From a virus (lineage: Duplodnaviria > Caudoviricetes), in the IMG/VR virus record IMGVR_UViG_3300032093_000005: a stretch of DNA of 64,000 nt; one strand, given 5' to 3'. Under the pieces are notes generated by a model. The model did no database searches. It worked only from the letters and a program-made list of their open reading frames with translations, and was not told the origin of the DNA. Positions 30,249 to 40,674 of this stretch are shown here, in pieces; the first letter of the stretch is position 1, and the number at the start of each line of letters is the position of its first letter. A program made the position numbers and the translations under genes.

Positions 30249-30998
30249 TTAATTAGAAATAATTTTATTATATAATTGAGGAGCAATTTCTTTTTTAATT
30301 GCAACCATATTACATCCACTACCTTCAATCATGTATTTTTTAATTGTAGTATATAATTCTATTGTTAATGGTATCAACAATGGCATAGATTCAAAATAAA
30401 AAGGATGTCTTGGATCAACTTTTTGTAAGAAAATATCAAATTTACTATTATCAAAACATCTAAGCAAATCTTCAGGTGATACTCCTCTATCTAACATACA
30501 AGATCCAAATTCAAATTGAATTATATCAGTATTACTAAGAATATTTTTTCCACCATTAAAGACATCTATTTCCATACCTTCAATATCTATTTTTAGAAAA
30601 TCAATTTTTTTTATATTGTTATCTTTACAATAACTATCTAAAGTTTTAACAGGAAAGGAAATTCCAACATCTTCAGAAGTTGCCAAATATGTTCTAAAAA
30701 CAAATGATTGAGTATTTGGATAATATGTAAAAATACCTTCTTTATCACCCAGTCCAAAACAATTAAGATATATTAAATTTTCTACATTTTCAGTATCTTC
30801 TAATTGTTTAATTTGATTTTCAATTTGTGTCAAAAATTTTGGATCAGGTTCAAATAAATGAAACTCTCTTGATTTATCATAAGAATTTTTTAAATAATCA
30901 ATATCATCCCTAGATCCAATATCAAAAATAACTTTAACATTTTCTTTAATTAAATTAAAAAAATCTACTTCATCTTTTGGAAAAATATCAAATGGCAT
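30249..30998 (-). CDS. FkbM-family methyltransferase
   Basis: IFDIG..FEP..IDFLKIDIEGMEIDV. Confidence 0.85.
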   Translation of the reverse strand: MPFDIFPKDEVDFFNLIKENVKVIFDIGSRDDIDYLKNSYDKSREFHLFEPDPKFLTQIENQIKQLEDTENVENLIYLNCFGLGDKEGIFTYYPNTQSFVFRTYLATSEDVGISFPVKTLDSYCKDNNIKKIDFLKIDIEGMEIDVFNGGKNILSNTDIIQFEFGSCMLDRGVSPEDLLRCFDNSKFDIFLQKVDPRHPFYFESMPLLIPLTIELYTTIKKYMIEGSGCNMVAIKKEIAPQLYNKIISN

Positions 30999-32130
30999 TT
31001 TTATTTCCTCTAATTTGATTAAGTAACATTTTTAATGATTCTGTTTTTTTAGAATTATAATTTTCCCCCATCCAAATGTGACTATTACTTGCATTTTTAT
31101 AATGAAAAATAAAGGATTCTTCAATATCATCAGATTCTAATTTTATTAGATCTACAAAAGATGGTTTAGGAAAATTAAATTTTACTAAAAATTTATCAAT
31201 AATATATTGGAACATATTTTTAAAATACTCCCAATAATTATCCCTTTTTGTTTGATATGGATAACTTCTATCATCAGCATAATAAGCACCCCCCTTTATT
31301 GTAGGTGCATAAGTTTCAAAAGGAAGAATCAAATCCTTTTCATTATCATATTCAAGTAAAACTGCCAAAGAACCATTTATCCCGACTTCAATTTGATTTT
31401 GATTTTTAGGTATTGTATGAGGATCATTTTCAACATAAGAATCTCTTTGAATAGAAATTTGGTCAAAATATTTAATTTTCAATTGATCTTTATACTTATT
31501 CATATACGTTAGACATTCTCCACCAACATCACATGTTATTCCATTGTAATTTGCAAGTCCCCAACTCAATTCATGAGGATTTGGCATATTAGGTATATTT
31601 GCAACTACAAACCCATTCCATGGATAACTAAAGGCAAATTCTCCTGGTTCACTTTCACTTTTAAAATAACTTAAGTACCTATAATGAGGTACAAAAGCAA
31701 AATTATGTTCTTTCATCATATTAGAAAAAGATACATCTTTAATAAAAAACATATCAGAATCAATCATTATGGATACGGATTTATCTCTTGAAATGTAATG
31801 TTTCCACCCCCAAGTAAATGCATATGAACAAGCATAACTTCCACCTAAAGCAAATGACCCATTATTATCATATTGCAAATATCCATTAATATATTTTAAT
31901 TCAGGATCCAATTCAACTCGTATACATTTAATATTTAATTCATTACATATATTAAAAATTTGATCTAATCTTTCTGAAGAATACCCACTACCTGGATCAC
32001 CACCAGGACGTTCATTATTAAACACAATAAACTCAAAATCATCTTTGACGTGGCGTTTAATTGATTCGTACTGAAGTTGAATAAAGTCAGGACGATTATG
32101 GGAATAGGTATAAATTTTAACCTTGCTCAT
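30988..32130 (-). CDS. Hypothetical protein, possible GT-A glycosyltransferase (380 aa)
   Basis: ORF track; IDSDMF DxD-like motif; cluster context. Confidence 0.55.
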   Translation of the reverse strand: MSKVKIYTYSHNRPDFIQLQYESIKRHVKDDFEFIVFNNERPGGDPGSGYSSERLDQIFNICNELNIKCIRVELDPELKYINGYLQYDNNGSFALGGSYACSYAFTWGWKHYISRDKSVSIMIDSDMFFIKDVSFSNMMKEHNFAFVPHYRYLSYFKSESEPGEFAFSYPWNGFVVANIPNMPNPHELSWGLANYNGITCDVGGECLTYMNKYKDQLKIKYFDQISIQRDSYVENDPHTIPKNQNQIEVGINGSLAVLLEYDNEKDLILPFETYAPTIKGGAYYADDRSYPYQTKRDNYWEYFKNMFQYIIDKFLVKFNFPKPSFVDLIKLESDDIEESFIFHYKNASNSHIWMGENYNSKKTESLKMLLNQIRGNKNAI

Positions 32131-33098
32131 TTGATGCTCCTATAAAATTGATTTATTTCTTTGTATTCTTCATACTCTTCCCTACAATCAGCACCAGTCA
32201 TCAGATCACCATCACGATCCAACCAATACCAATCATCCACAATAGATTCGTGAGGTCTCCACCAACCATTGGAAGTTTTATAATCAAACCAATACTTAGG
32301 AGCAATCACGTCACAATCTTTATTTGTCCAAACTGGCCAAAATGCAAAAGTAGAAGAAGAAATAATAACGTTTTTTGCAGTATTGAGAATTGAATAATCA
32401 ACACCAACTGGCCCACCTGGATAGGCATACCAACCAATACTTCCTTGATATGGATCTTTTTCTTCCATTATAGCAGAACCAACAACTTCGGCAAATGGAA
32501 TGAATTGTCTTGCATGTTCTGGGTCATCAGTGACACAGACAAATTTCATATCTGGATTTTTGTCCAGCATATGTTTTGCTGCGGTCTGATAATACTCTGG
32601 AGGAACCCAAGAAGCACCGGTCAAATAATCACCGCCACGAAATTGAATTACACAAATATCATCAGAAGAATAGTCGGTGATTTTGTTGTCATAGTCCAAC
32701 CATTTAATAATATCATCCCTACGATGACTAATGTATGACATATTTTGAAAGTATCCCTCAACCTTTGTGTTATCAGGAAGTTCACTCCAGAGGTGATCAT
32801 CAAACACATTCATCTCCTCTCCTCCCATGTAGGAAGGATACCTCTGCCTACGCTCAAGGTAATAGTTATTGATTCCTTCGGGCAGTTCAACTGGAGGTCC
32901 ACCCTCAGGACCATGACCACCAATGACGGGTTTACCCATATCAAAGTTAGTCATAAATGCACATGCTTTGAAAGGGGTAGTTGGTTTCTTTTGAATACCC
33001 CAATCATACCCCATTCTTTCAGCAATGATTCTTGGAACAAGAATGTGCCAAAGTTGGTTCCCAATACCAGAACCATCATAAATTTCAGAAACAATCAT
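32127..33098 (-). CDS. GT11-like fucosyltransferase
   Basis: GIGNQL, FRGGDY, VTDD, SSSTFAFW. Confidence 0.8.
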   Translation of the reverse strand: MIVSEIYDGSGIGNQLWHILVPRIIAERMGYDWGIQKKPTTPFKACAFMTNFDMGKPVIGGHGPEGGPPVELPEGINNYYLERRQRYPSYMGGEEMNVFDDHLWSELPDNTKVEGYFQNMSYISHRRDDIIKWLDYDNKITDYSSDDICVIQFRGGDYLTGASWVPPEYYQTAAKHMLDKNPDMKFVCVTDDPEHARQFIPFAEVVGSAIMEEKDPYQGSIGWYAYPGGPVGVDYSILNTAKNVIISSSTFAFWPVWTNKDCDVIAPKYWFDYKTSNGWWRPHESIVDDWYWLDRDGDLMTGADCREEYEEYKEINQFYRSIK

Positions 33099-33934
33099 TT
33101 GATTAAACTTGTAAACTTCTCTTTGTTATCAAGGATATATTGTGGGTAAGAATCATCTACAGGTACAGTTTGATAAATTGCATAGTCTCTTCCCAATGGA
33201 TCTTTGTTATCTTTGACTCTGGCAACATTCCGTTTGATTTGATCATTGTTTAACTCAGAATGAGCAGCACACTCAATCTTTTTTAACACTCTCTCCTCAA
33301 CAGAAAGTCCTTCACTTCCAACATAACTCCAGTGCCACCCACCAGGAAAAATTCTATAATTTTTTTCATTTTCCTGTTTACTACGCAATTCAGATAAAGT
33401 ATATTTGTTAAGAATTGATTTACTGAATAATTTAGTGCCCAACCATCTTGGCCTATCTTCATAATCCCAATCGGTTGTCATAGCACGAATTATACCACCA
33501 ACTTCAACAAGATTCAAGTATCCCATACAATTTTCTTGGGCAAAATGAAAAATTGCTTCCTGTTGAAAATAAGTGTTTAGTTTTTCAATTGCTTCTGGAT
33601 TAGGAACTTCATCAACGTCACTCCAAATAATTGCATCTTCATCAGATATATTTTGTAAAATGCAATTCTTAATATTATCCTTTTGAAAAACATCTCTTTG
33701 ATATGGATGAAGTTCTGGTGATGTTGTATCCTCAACAATGTTGTGAATGATTTTATGGTTGAACTTTTCAAACCTGCCTTTATTTTCTTGATAGTAAAGT
33801 GGTTTATCCAGACCAGAAAATGTTTTTGTTGCTTCACTTAAAATAAAGAAATCAACATAAGGATCAAGAATATTCAATCTAATTTCTAAGATATCCAATT
33901 CATTGAAAAAAGGAAATACATCAATTACTCTCAT
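33095..33934 (-). CDS. Glycosyltransferase family 17 (MGAT3-like)
   Basis: FFNELDILEIRL..SDVDEVP..GGWHWSY. Confidence 0.85.
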   Translation of the reverse strand: MRVIDVFPFFNELDILEIRLNILDPYVDFFILSEATKTFSGLDKPLYYQENKGRFEKFNHKIIHNIVEDTTSPELHPYQRDVFQKDNIKNCILQNISDEDAIIWSDVDEVPNPEAIEKLNTYFQQEAIFHFAQENCMGYLNLVEVGGIIRAMTTDWDYEDRPRWLGTKLFSKSILNKYTLSELRSKQENEKNYRIFPGGWHWSYVGSEGLSVEERVLKKIECAAHSELNNDQIKRNVARVKDNKDPLGRDYAIYQTVPVDDSYPQYILDNKEKFTSLIK

Positions 33935-34778
33935 ACTCCTCCTTCATCGCATTAAAGACTTTTGAAATTCCTTCTTGAATAGATGTTTTTGGCATCCACC
34001 ATTTCATAATAAAAGTATCTGCTTGATTTCTTTTGTCTAATTGAACAGAATCCTTTTCTTCTGATGGTTTAACTATAACATCATGATTTCCAATCAAAGA
34101 AAACTGCCCATTGATCATACTTGCAATATCTCTAATTTTCGTATAGTGAAAACTAGTAATATGAAGATTGTCTTCTGGAGTAAAATCAGTGAAATTTTCC
34201 ATTACCGTTTCAAGTGCTTCGCAGCAATCTTCAGCATAGAGAAAATCACGTTGTTCTTCACCATCAGTAAGCATATCAATTACACCAGTTTCAAATCCTT
34301 TACGAATGAAGTCTGTAATAACATGTGCCTTCTCATGATTTTTTTCAATACCATAGACATTCCAGAACTTAACAATCAGTCCGTTCAAAGATTTTGTATA
34401 AAGTTCTCCAACATTTTTCAAAACACCATATGGAGAGTAACTCATATTACTCATTTGAGACGATGCAAATACAAATCTCACATTATATTTCTGGAGAAGA
34501 GTAAATGCATTTGCCATCAAACGACAATTGTTATTAATAAACTGGAAAGTATGTTGATACTTTTTCAGATATCGTGATCCACCCACATCAAAAGCAAGGA
34601 AAAATACAAAGTCAGAATCAGAAATTCTTTCTTCCAAAAGAGGATTTGGAATAGTTGTCATGTCTTCATCTGAGGTATTCACCAAATCAAATTCATGAAC
34701 TTGATGTCCCTTGTTACGCAAATACTCCGTCAGATAAGCACCGATTTGCCCACTGGAACCCAATACTGTAATTTTCAT
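33921..34778 (-). CDS. NAD-dependent epimerase/dehydratase
   Basis: GSSGQIG, YGVLK, KFWNVYG. Confidence 0.85.
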   Translation of the reverse strand: MKITVLGSSGQIGAYLTEYLRNKGHQVHEFDLVNTSDEDMTTIPNPLLEERISDSDFVFFLAFDVGGSRYLKKYQHTFQFINNNCRLMANAFTLLQKYNVRFVFASSQMSNMSYSPYGVLKNVGELYTKSLNGLIVKFWNVYGIEKNHEKAHVITDFIRKGFETGVIDMLTDGEEQRDFLYAEDCCEALETVMENFTDFTPEDNLHITSFHYTKIRDIASMINGQFSLIGNHDVIVKPSEEKDSVQLDKRNQADTFIMKWWMPKTSIQEGISKVFNAMKEEYESN

Positions 34779-34779
34779 A

Positions 34780-35853
34780 TCAAACAGGGTGATGGAAAGG
34801 AACGTAGGTTTCGTTTTCTAACTGAGAATTAATCCAATGATAAGTTTTTGAGATACCCTCTTCAAGACTCATCGAATAATCCCACTGAAGTTTTTCACGA
34901 ATCAAACTATTATTTGAATTACGACCACGAACTCCAAGAGGTCCATCAATATGCTTTTTAGTAATTTTCTTACCTGCTACCTTTGCAGCAATATCAGCAA
35001 GTTGATTAATGGTTACCATCTCTTCAGAACCAATATTGACTGGACCCATGAAGTCTGACTGAACCAGACGATAGGTTGCCTCAACACATTCATCAATATA
35101 AAGAAATGAGCGTGTCTGCTCACCATCTCCCCAAATTTCAACTTCACCACCTTCTACAGGAAGTTCTGCTACTTTACGACAAATTGCTGCTGGTGATTTT
35201 TCTTTACCACCTCTCCAAGTTCCTTCTGGACCAAAAATATTATGGTAGCGAGCAACTCTGACTGGGATACCATAATTTCGATTATAAGCAAAGAAAAGAC
35301 GTTCAGAAAACAATTTTTCCCACCCATATTCACTGTCTGGTCCAGCAGGATAAGCGTCATTTTCTTTTAATCCAGGATTTTCAGCGTCCATCTGAATATG
35401 CTCTGGATACATACAAGCAGATGATGAAAAGAAAATTTTAGTTCTATTTACACCTAACCTTTCATTCAAATCTTTGACTGAACGAAGAATATTTAAATTA
35501 ATAGTAGCAGAATTATTCATCACATCTGCATCATGATCACCTGTAAAAATATACCCTGCTCCACCCATATCAGCAGCAAACTGATAGATTTCATCAAAAG
35601 TTCCAATATATCTTGATGGAACAAACTTATAAAAGTTATTTCCATATCCTCTAAATTGAACAACTTTTTCTACAAGGTTTTGATCTGTTAGATCACCTTG
35701 AATAAATTCATCTGCTTCAGTTTTAGAATGTTCTGGTCTTTTTACATCTACACCACAAACCCAATAACCTTCCTTTTTAAGTCTTTTTACCATGTGACTT
35801 CCAATAAAGCCACCTGCACCAAGAACAAGTGCTCTCTTTATATAATTTGCCAT
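34780..35853 (-). CDS. GDP-mannose 3,5-epimerase-like protein
   Basis: GAGGFIGSH, AADMGGAGYI, SSACMYPE, YGWEKL, GGKEKSPAAICRK. Confidence 0.85.
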   Translation of the reverse strand: MANYIKRALVLGAGGFIGSHMVKRLKKEGYWVCGVDVKRPEHSKTEADEFIQGDLTDQNLVEKVVQFRGYGNNFYKFVPSRYIGTFDEIYQFAADMGGAGYIFTGDHDADVMNNSATINLNILRSVKDLNERLGVNRTKIFFSSSACMYPEHIQMDAENPGLKENDAYPAGPDSEYGWEKLFSERLFFAYNRNYGIPVRVARYHNIFGPEGTWRGGKEKSPAAICRKVAELPVEGGEVEIWGDGEQTRSFLYIDECVEATYRLVQSDFMGPVNIGSEEMVTINQLADIAAKVAGKKITKKHIDGPLGVRGRNSNNSLIREKLQWDYSMSLEEGISKTYHWINSQLENETYVPFHHPV

Positions 35854-35891
35854 AAACAAGTCAATAATCTCCTAGTATATATTATAGCATA

Positions 35892-36824
35892 TCAAAGCAA
35901 GTTTTTCTTATACCACTCATACGTTTGAGTGATTCCTTGACGAAGTTCAACTTGAGGTTCCCAACCAAGAGATTTAATTTTATCTACATTTAAAACTTTA
36001 CGGGGAGTTCCATTTGGTTTTGTTGTGTCCCAATTAATATCATGTTCATAACCAACAATATCAGCAATTGTTTCTGCTAATTGTTTAATAGTTACATCCT
36101 CACCCGTTCCAATATTAATATGTTCTTCACCTTCATAGTTTTGCATACAAATGAAACATGCTTCGGCAAGATCATCAACATATAGAAACTCGCGCATTGC
36201 TGATCCATCTCCCCACAATTTGACCTCCCAGTATTTACTATGGTTTAAAGCAGAATGAAACTTAGCAAGCATCGCAGGAAGAACATGAGATGTTTCTAAA
36301 TTAAAGTTATCATAAGGTCCATAAAGATTGGTTGGCATCAGTGAGATTGCATTAAATCCATATTGTCTCCGATACGCCTGACACATTTTAATTCCAGCAA
36401 TCTTTGCAATCGCATAAGAATCATTTGTCGTTTCTAGAGGTCCGGTAAGAAGTTGATCTTCTGTAATTGGAAGATTTGGATATTTTGGATAAATGCAAGA
36501 AGATCCTAGAAAGAGTAGTTTTTTTATTCCAAAATTATAAGATGTATTGATAATATTTGATTGAATCATCAAATTATCATATATGAAATTGGCAGGATAA
36601 GTTTTATTTGCCATAATTCCACCTGCTTTGGCAGCGGCAAGAAAAACATATTCCGGTTCCTCAGAACAAAAATAACGCTCAACTTCACCTTGATTTCTAA
36701 AATCAACATCATCACGAGTACCTTTGATGATATTAGTATATCCCTTCCCTTCAAGGTTTCTGACAATTGCCCTACCAACCATTCCGTTAGCACCGGCAAC
36801 TAAAATTCTAGAATTGTTTTTCAT
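35892..36824 (-). CDS. fcl: GDP-L-fucose synthase
   Basis: [33 protein letters not shown]. Confidence 0.95.
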   Translation of the reverse strand: MKNNSRILVAGANGMVGRAIVRNLEGKGYTNIIKGTRDDVDFRNQGEVERYFCSEEPEYVFLAAAKAGGIMANKTYPANFIYDNLMIQSNIINTSYNFGIKKLLFLGSSCIYPKYPNLPITEDQLLTGPLETTNDSYAIAKIAGIKMCQAYRRQYGFNAISLMPTNLYGPYDNFNLETSHVLPAMLAKFHSALNHSKYWEVKLWGDGSAMREFLYVDDLAEACFICMQNYEGEEHINIGTGEDVTIKQLAETIADIVGYEHDINWDTTKPNGTPRKVLNVDKIKSLGWEPQVELRQGITQTYEWYKKNLL

Positions 36825-37818
36825 TAGTACACATATCCTCAACTAATTGTTCGAAAGAAATTTTAGGTTCCCAACCTAATTTTTGTTTTGCTTTTGTATA
36901 ATCTCCAAGAAGAGAATCTACTTCTGCTGGACGAAAATACTTTGGATCTACCATAATACGAACTAGTCCCGTATTTGTATCAATCCCAATCTCAGTTCCT
37001 TTATCTGTGAACTGCCATTCAATGTTCATTCCAAAATAAGGTGCTGCCATCTCAACAAACTGACGGACAGAATATTGTTTTCCAGTAGCAATCACATAAT
37101 CATCTGGTTCTTTTTGTTGTAGCATAATCCACATTGCTTCAACATAATCCTTAGCGTGTCCCCAATCACGCTTAGCATCAAGGTTACCTAACTTGAGAAC
37201 TGTCTGTTTTTCTTCAGATAATGCCTTAAATCCTTTAGTAATTTTACGGGTTACAAATGTTTCTCCTCTTCTAGGAGATTCGTGATTAAAAAGGATACCT
37301 GTACAAGCATACATTCCATATGCTTCACGATAGTTCTTAGTAATCCAGTATGCGTATAGTTTTGCTACCCCATAAGGAGAGCGGGGATAAAAAGGAGTAG
37401 TTTCACGTTGAGGAACTTCTTGAACAAGACCATAAAGTTCGCTTGTAGAAGCTTGATAGATGCGAACACGATCTTCCATACCCAATAAACGCACTGCTTC
37501 AAGAACCCGAAGAGTACCCATACCATCCACATCAGCAGTGTATTCAGGCATCTCAAAGGATACTTTGACGTGACTCTGAGCACCAAGATTATAAATTTCA
37601 TCTGGTTGAACTTTTTGAATAACTCTAACTATATTAGTTGAATCTGTTAAATCTCCATAATGTAATTTAATATTTTGAAATATATGATCAATACGATAAG
37701 TATTGATCATAGAAGAACGTCTAATGATGCCATGAACTTCATATCCTTTTTCCAAAAGAAATTCAGCAAGATATGATCCATCTTGTCCAGTAATACCTGT
37801 AATTAGAGCAACTTTCAT
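36808..37818 (-). CDS. gmd: GDP-mannose 4,6-dehydratase
   Basis: [30 protein letters not shown]. Confidence 0.97.
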   Translation of the reverse strand: MKVALITGITGQDGSYLAEFLLEKGYEVHGIIRRSSMINTYRIDHIFQNIKLHYGDLTDSTNIVRVIQKVQPDEIYNLGAQSHVKVSFEMPEYTADVDGMGTLRVLEAVRLLGMEDRVRIYQASTSELYGLVQEVPQRETTPFYPRSPYGVAKLYAYWITKNYREAYGMYACTGILFNHESPRRGETFVTRKITKGFKALSEEKQTVLKLGNLDAKRDWGHAKDYVEAMWIMLQQKEPDDYVIATGKQYSVRQFVEMAAPYFGMNIEWQFTDKGTEIGIDTNTGLVRIMVDPKYFRPAEVDSLLGDYTKAKQKLGWEPKISFEQLVEDMCTNEKQF

Positions 37819-38747
37819 TATTTTAAAATTAATTTTTTATACCACTCAATTGTTTTATCTAAACCATCTTCGAAAGAAACTCTAGGAGACCAACCAAGTT
37901 GATTTTTAATTTTAGATATATCTGTTGAATAACGACGATCATGTCCAGGTCTATCATTTACATATTCTATCATGTCATCCCCCATATTCATATGATTCAA
38001 TATAGAGCGAACAAGATCGATATTTTTCATCTCACAATTTCCACCTATATTATATTTTTGCCCCTCTTTCCCCTTTAACCATACTTCAATCAATGCTTCA
38101 CAATGATCCTGGACATATAACCAATCACGAATTTGTTGCCCATCACCATAGACAGGAACCTTTTTACCAGACAGCAGATTAGTTATAGCTTTAGGAATCA
38201 TTTTTTCTTGATATTGTCTAGGACCATAGTTATTTGAACAATTTGTAATTATTGTAGACAAACCATAAGTGTTGTGATATGCCATTACAAAATGATCACT
38301 TGCTGCCTTTGATGCTGAGTATGGATTTCTAGGAGAATAGTTAGAATTTTCTGTGAAGTATCCTTCTTCAATTGATCCATAAACTTCATCGGTGGAAATA
38401 TGAATGAACTTTCCAACTTCATATTTCAAAGCAAGATTCAATAGATTAACAGTTCCACTAATATTGGCGTGAATAAATGGTGAGCAATCTTCTATTGAAT
38501 TATCTACATGACTTTCTGCGGCAAAATGAAAGACAGTTGAAGGTTTATATTTTTTAAACACAAACTCACAACTATGTTTATCTGCAATATCCGTAGTGTA
38601 TAATTTAACAGGATCTGGAATATTATGCCAATCGGCAGCATAAGTTAAATTATCAATACAAATAATTTCTTCTGTTGTACATTTAATAAGATGATGAAGA
38701 AAATTACTGCCTATAAATCCTGCACCACCTGTAACTAATATAGTCAT
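37818..38747 (-). CDS. rfbB: dTDP-glucose 4,6-dehydratase
   Basis: [31 protein letters not shown]. Confidence 0.93.
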   Translation of the reverse strand: MTILVTGGAGFIGSNFLHHLIKCTTEEIICIDNLTYAADWHNIPDPVKLYTTDIADKHSCEFVFKKYKPSTVFHFAAESHVDNSIEDCSPFIHANISGTVNLLNLALKYEVGKFIHISTDEVYGSIEEGYFTENSNYSPRNPYSASKAASDHFVMAYHNTYGLSTIITNCSNNYGPRQYQEKMIPKAITNLLSGKKVPVYGDGQQIRDWLYVQDHCEALIEVWLKGKEGQKYNIGGNCEMKNIDLVRSILNHMNMGDDMIEYVNDRPGHDRRYSTDISKIKNQLGWSPRVSFEDGLDKTIEWYKKLILK

Positions 38748-39235
38748 TTTTGACCGTACCTTTCTAGAAGTTCTGGAGAATATTGTTGAATATCTTTTAT
38801 ATTTTTTTCTTCTCTTTTAGCATTCTCAAGATCATAAACTCTATTTCTAAGTTCTGTAGTTGAATATTGATGTCTTCTCATATGATAATGAATTTCTATA
38901 CCATTATCAATGCAGTATTGTTTTCCAGTAACTTCAACATCTCTATATTCTTCACTCAAAAAACGAATGTGAAAAGTTTGAGTCTTGATAAGATTTAAGA
39001 GATCTGCTTCAGTATCGTAAACAAGAATTTCATCCACATATTTACACGCCTGTACCTGAGCATATCTTTCGTAGATAGACTGTACTGGTTTATTTTTTAA
39101 ACCAGGTCTATCTATAGTAGGATCAACTTGAAGTGCTACTTTTAAATAATCGCACATTTCCTTTTCCATTTTGAGCATTGTAACATGTCCAGCATGAAAA
39201 AGATCAAAACAACTACAATTAAATCCGATTTTCAT
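38744..39235 (-). CDS. TagD-like cytidylyltransferase
   Basis: FDLFHAGH..YVDE..YSTTELR. Confidence 0.85.
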   Translation of the reverse strand: MKIGFNCSCFDLFHAGHVTMLKMEKEMCDYLKVALQVDPTIDRPGLKNKPVQSIYERYAQVQACKYVDEILVYDTEADLLNLIKTQTFHIRFLSEEYRDVEVTGKQYCIDNGIEIHYHMRRHQYSTTELRNRVYDLENAKREEKNIKDIQQYSPELLERYGQK

Positions 39236-39254
39236 ACGAATATACTTTTTTATC

Positions 39255-39292
39255 ATTATACTAAAAAAGGTGGGTTTATGCAACCCACCTTT
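39255..39292 (-). promoter_or_regulatory. Terminator hairpin overlapping promoter TTGCAT-N17-TATAAT for the sugar cluster
   Basis: AAAGGTGGGT/ACCCACCTTT stem plus T run; spacing counted. Confidence 0.65.
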
Positions 39293-39295
39293 ATG

Positions 39296-39445
39296 TGCTC
39301 AGGCTCGCCACCAATTCTTTGACTGGAAATTGGAAACCAGGCGGGAGAGAGTCCCATCCGCACCAACGTCATTTTAGAGATGCCGTAAACTCAAATAGGG
39401 TCATATTTGACTCCACCAGTATAAGTTTTAAGTCGTTCCAGGACT
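39296..39445 (-). ncRNA. manA RNA motif (or related wcaG RNA)
   Basis: TGGTGCGGATGGG..CCCGCCTGGTTTCCAATTTCCAGTCAAAGAATTGGTGGCGAGCCTG; recalled match to cyanophage Rfam motifs; pseudoknot pairings visible. Confidence 0.7.
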
Positions 39446-39664
39446 AATGTAAAGTTGGGTTAACTTTGATATCTCAGTAATACCAAAAAATGCTATTAGA
39501 AATAACACGTCCCAAAGTTTAAGTTTGATAGCAAAAGGAATGCCGAGTAATCCCCCAACAAACTTTATCATCAAACCACTTTTAAAATCTCCCCACAACA
39601 TAACTTGATAACCAAGTAGAAGGAGAAGGTTCCCAAGATACCTCAGGACACTTGTTTTAGACAT
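39428..39664 (-). CDS. Hypothetical membrane protein (78 aa)
   Basis: ORF track; hydrophobic. Confidence 0.65.
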   Translation of the reverse strand: MSKTSVLRYLGNLLLLLGYQVMLWGDFKSGLMIKFVGGLLGIPFAIKLKLWDVLFLIAFFGITEISKLTQLYISPGTT

Positions 39665-39692
39665 AAGGGGTTTTCATCACCGACCAGTGCTG

Positions 39693-39947
39693 TTATAGAC
39701 CATCCGTGTCTTCTTCGTCATCTTTTACATAACAAGGAACTCTATCTGGATCTAACCAAAGCGCATAGTTGAAATCTTCCATTGCAGTAGAGCATTGTAG
39801 ACCATTATCAAAAAGATAAATGTCATTCCAGCGTTTGGTATAGTAATTTTGCTTTTGCATACGGTAATCGGGTTTACCGTTGAGTTCAATAATACCTGCT
39901 TCTACAAAACGGTATTCTCCACGCTCCAGAAGAACTTTGGGTTTCAC
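39693..39947 (-). CDS. Hypothetical protein (84 aa)
   Basis: ORF track, GTG start overlapping the upstream stop. Confidence 0.65.
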   Translation of the reverse strand: MKPKVLLERGEYRFVEAGIIELNGKPDYRMQKQNYYTKRWNDIYLFDNGLQCSTAMEDFNYALWLDPDRVPCYVKDDEEDTDGL

Positions 39948-40156
39948 GCTTCAACTGCCTCAAGATCGCTGGCGACATACTCCATAAGCATTTCGTAGTC
40001 GTCAAGGGGGTCACCAGAAAATACTACTCCTTCATTTTCGTAGAAGCGGCGCACCTTTTTATAAAGTTTCGGACTCTTTACGTCAAGGTAGATTTCCCCG
40101 TTAGCAGCAAGACGAAGAGTGCTAACATCTTTTTTGAACTTTTGAATCAGAGACAT
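39944..40156 (-). CDS. Hypothetical protein MSLIQKFKKDV (70 aa)
   Basis: Start moved downstream of the promoter at 40179-40207. Confidence 0.65.
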   Translation of the reverse strand: MSLIQKFKKDVSTLRLAANGEIYLDVKSPKLYKKVRRFYENEGVVFSGDPLDDYEMLMEYVASDLEAVEA

Positions 40157-40178
40157 TGTTTTGAATGTTGACCTTAGT

Positions 40179-40230
40179 ATTATAAGGGTTTGAGACTTTT
40201 GTGTCAAGTGTGCCAGTGAAGTAACTGGCA
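40179..40230 (-). promoter_or_regulatory. Early-type promoter TTGACA-N17-TATAAT with upstream GCCAGT-N6-ACTGGC inverted repeat
   Basis: Consensus and spacing read directly; TGTCAAGTGTGCCAGT recurs at 48833-48848. Confidence 0.75.
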
Positions 40231-40231
40231 A

Positions 40232-40307
40232 TCGGAGTATTCGGATTTGAACCGAAATTATTCCTGCTCCCAAAGCAGGTGCCATGACCAAGTTAGGCGA
40301 TACTCCG
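40232..40307 (-). tRNA. tRNA-Pro(TGG)
   Basis: Cloverleaf; CCTGC-TTTGGGA-GCAGG; no encoded CCA. Confidence 0.92.
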
Positions 40308-40649
40308 TAGTTCCAACTCACCAGAATGAACTGCTGCGTGGCAACAAGCACATAATAGCACACATCCCTTTATTTCGTCAAGAATGCGTTCGTGACTCCA
40401 TCCACGAATCCCATGAAATTTAGCATCTTTTTGAGAAGGGTCTAAGTGATGAACTTGAAGTGCTGATGAATATTTATCATATCCACAAGAAACACATTTA
40501 CCTCCCATTTCTTCTATAATAAAACTTCTTTTTTTCTGCCCCAACTCTAATCTATATTTGTTATGGCAGGCACCACATACTGATTTTTTATGTCCATAAA
40601 ATTTAGATGGGTCGGTTTCTCCACAATGCCCACATTTATGCGTTCTCAT
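40293..40649 (-). CDS. HNH endonuclease; stop codon inside tRNA-Pro
   Basis: GGKCVSCGY..HHLDP..LLCACCH; ATAAATA plus hairpin leader. Confidence 0.88.
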   Translation of the reverse strand: MRTHKCGHCGETDPSKFYGHKKSVCGACHNKYRLELGQKKRSFIIEEMGGKCVSCGYDKYSSALQVHHLDPSQKDAKFHGIRGWSHERILDEIKGCVLLCACCHAAVHSGELELRSIA

Positions 40650-40674
40650 TTTGGTAGAATAAGTTTATCTACCA

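Noticed and set aside
40157-40363. N-terminal extension of ORF 39944-40363
   Set aside because: Overlaps tRNA-Pro, the HNH gene and a consensus promoter
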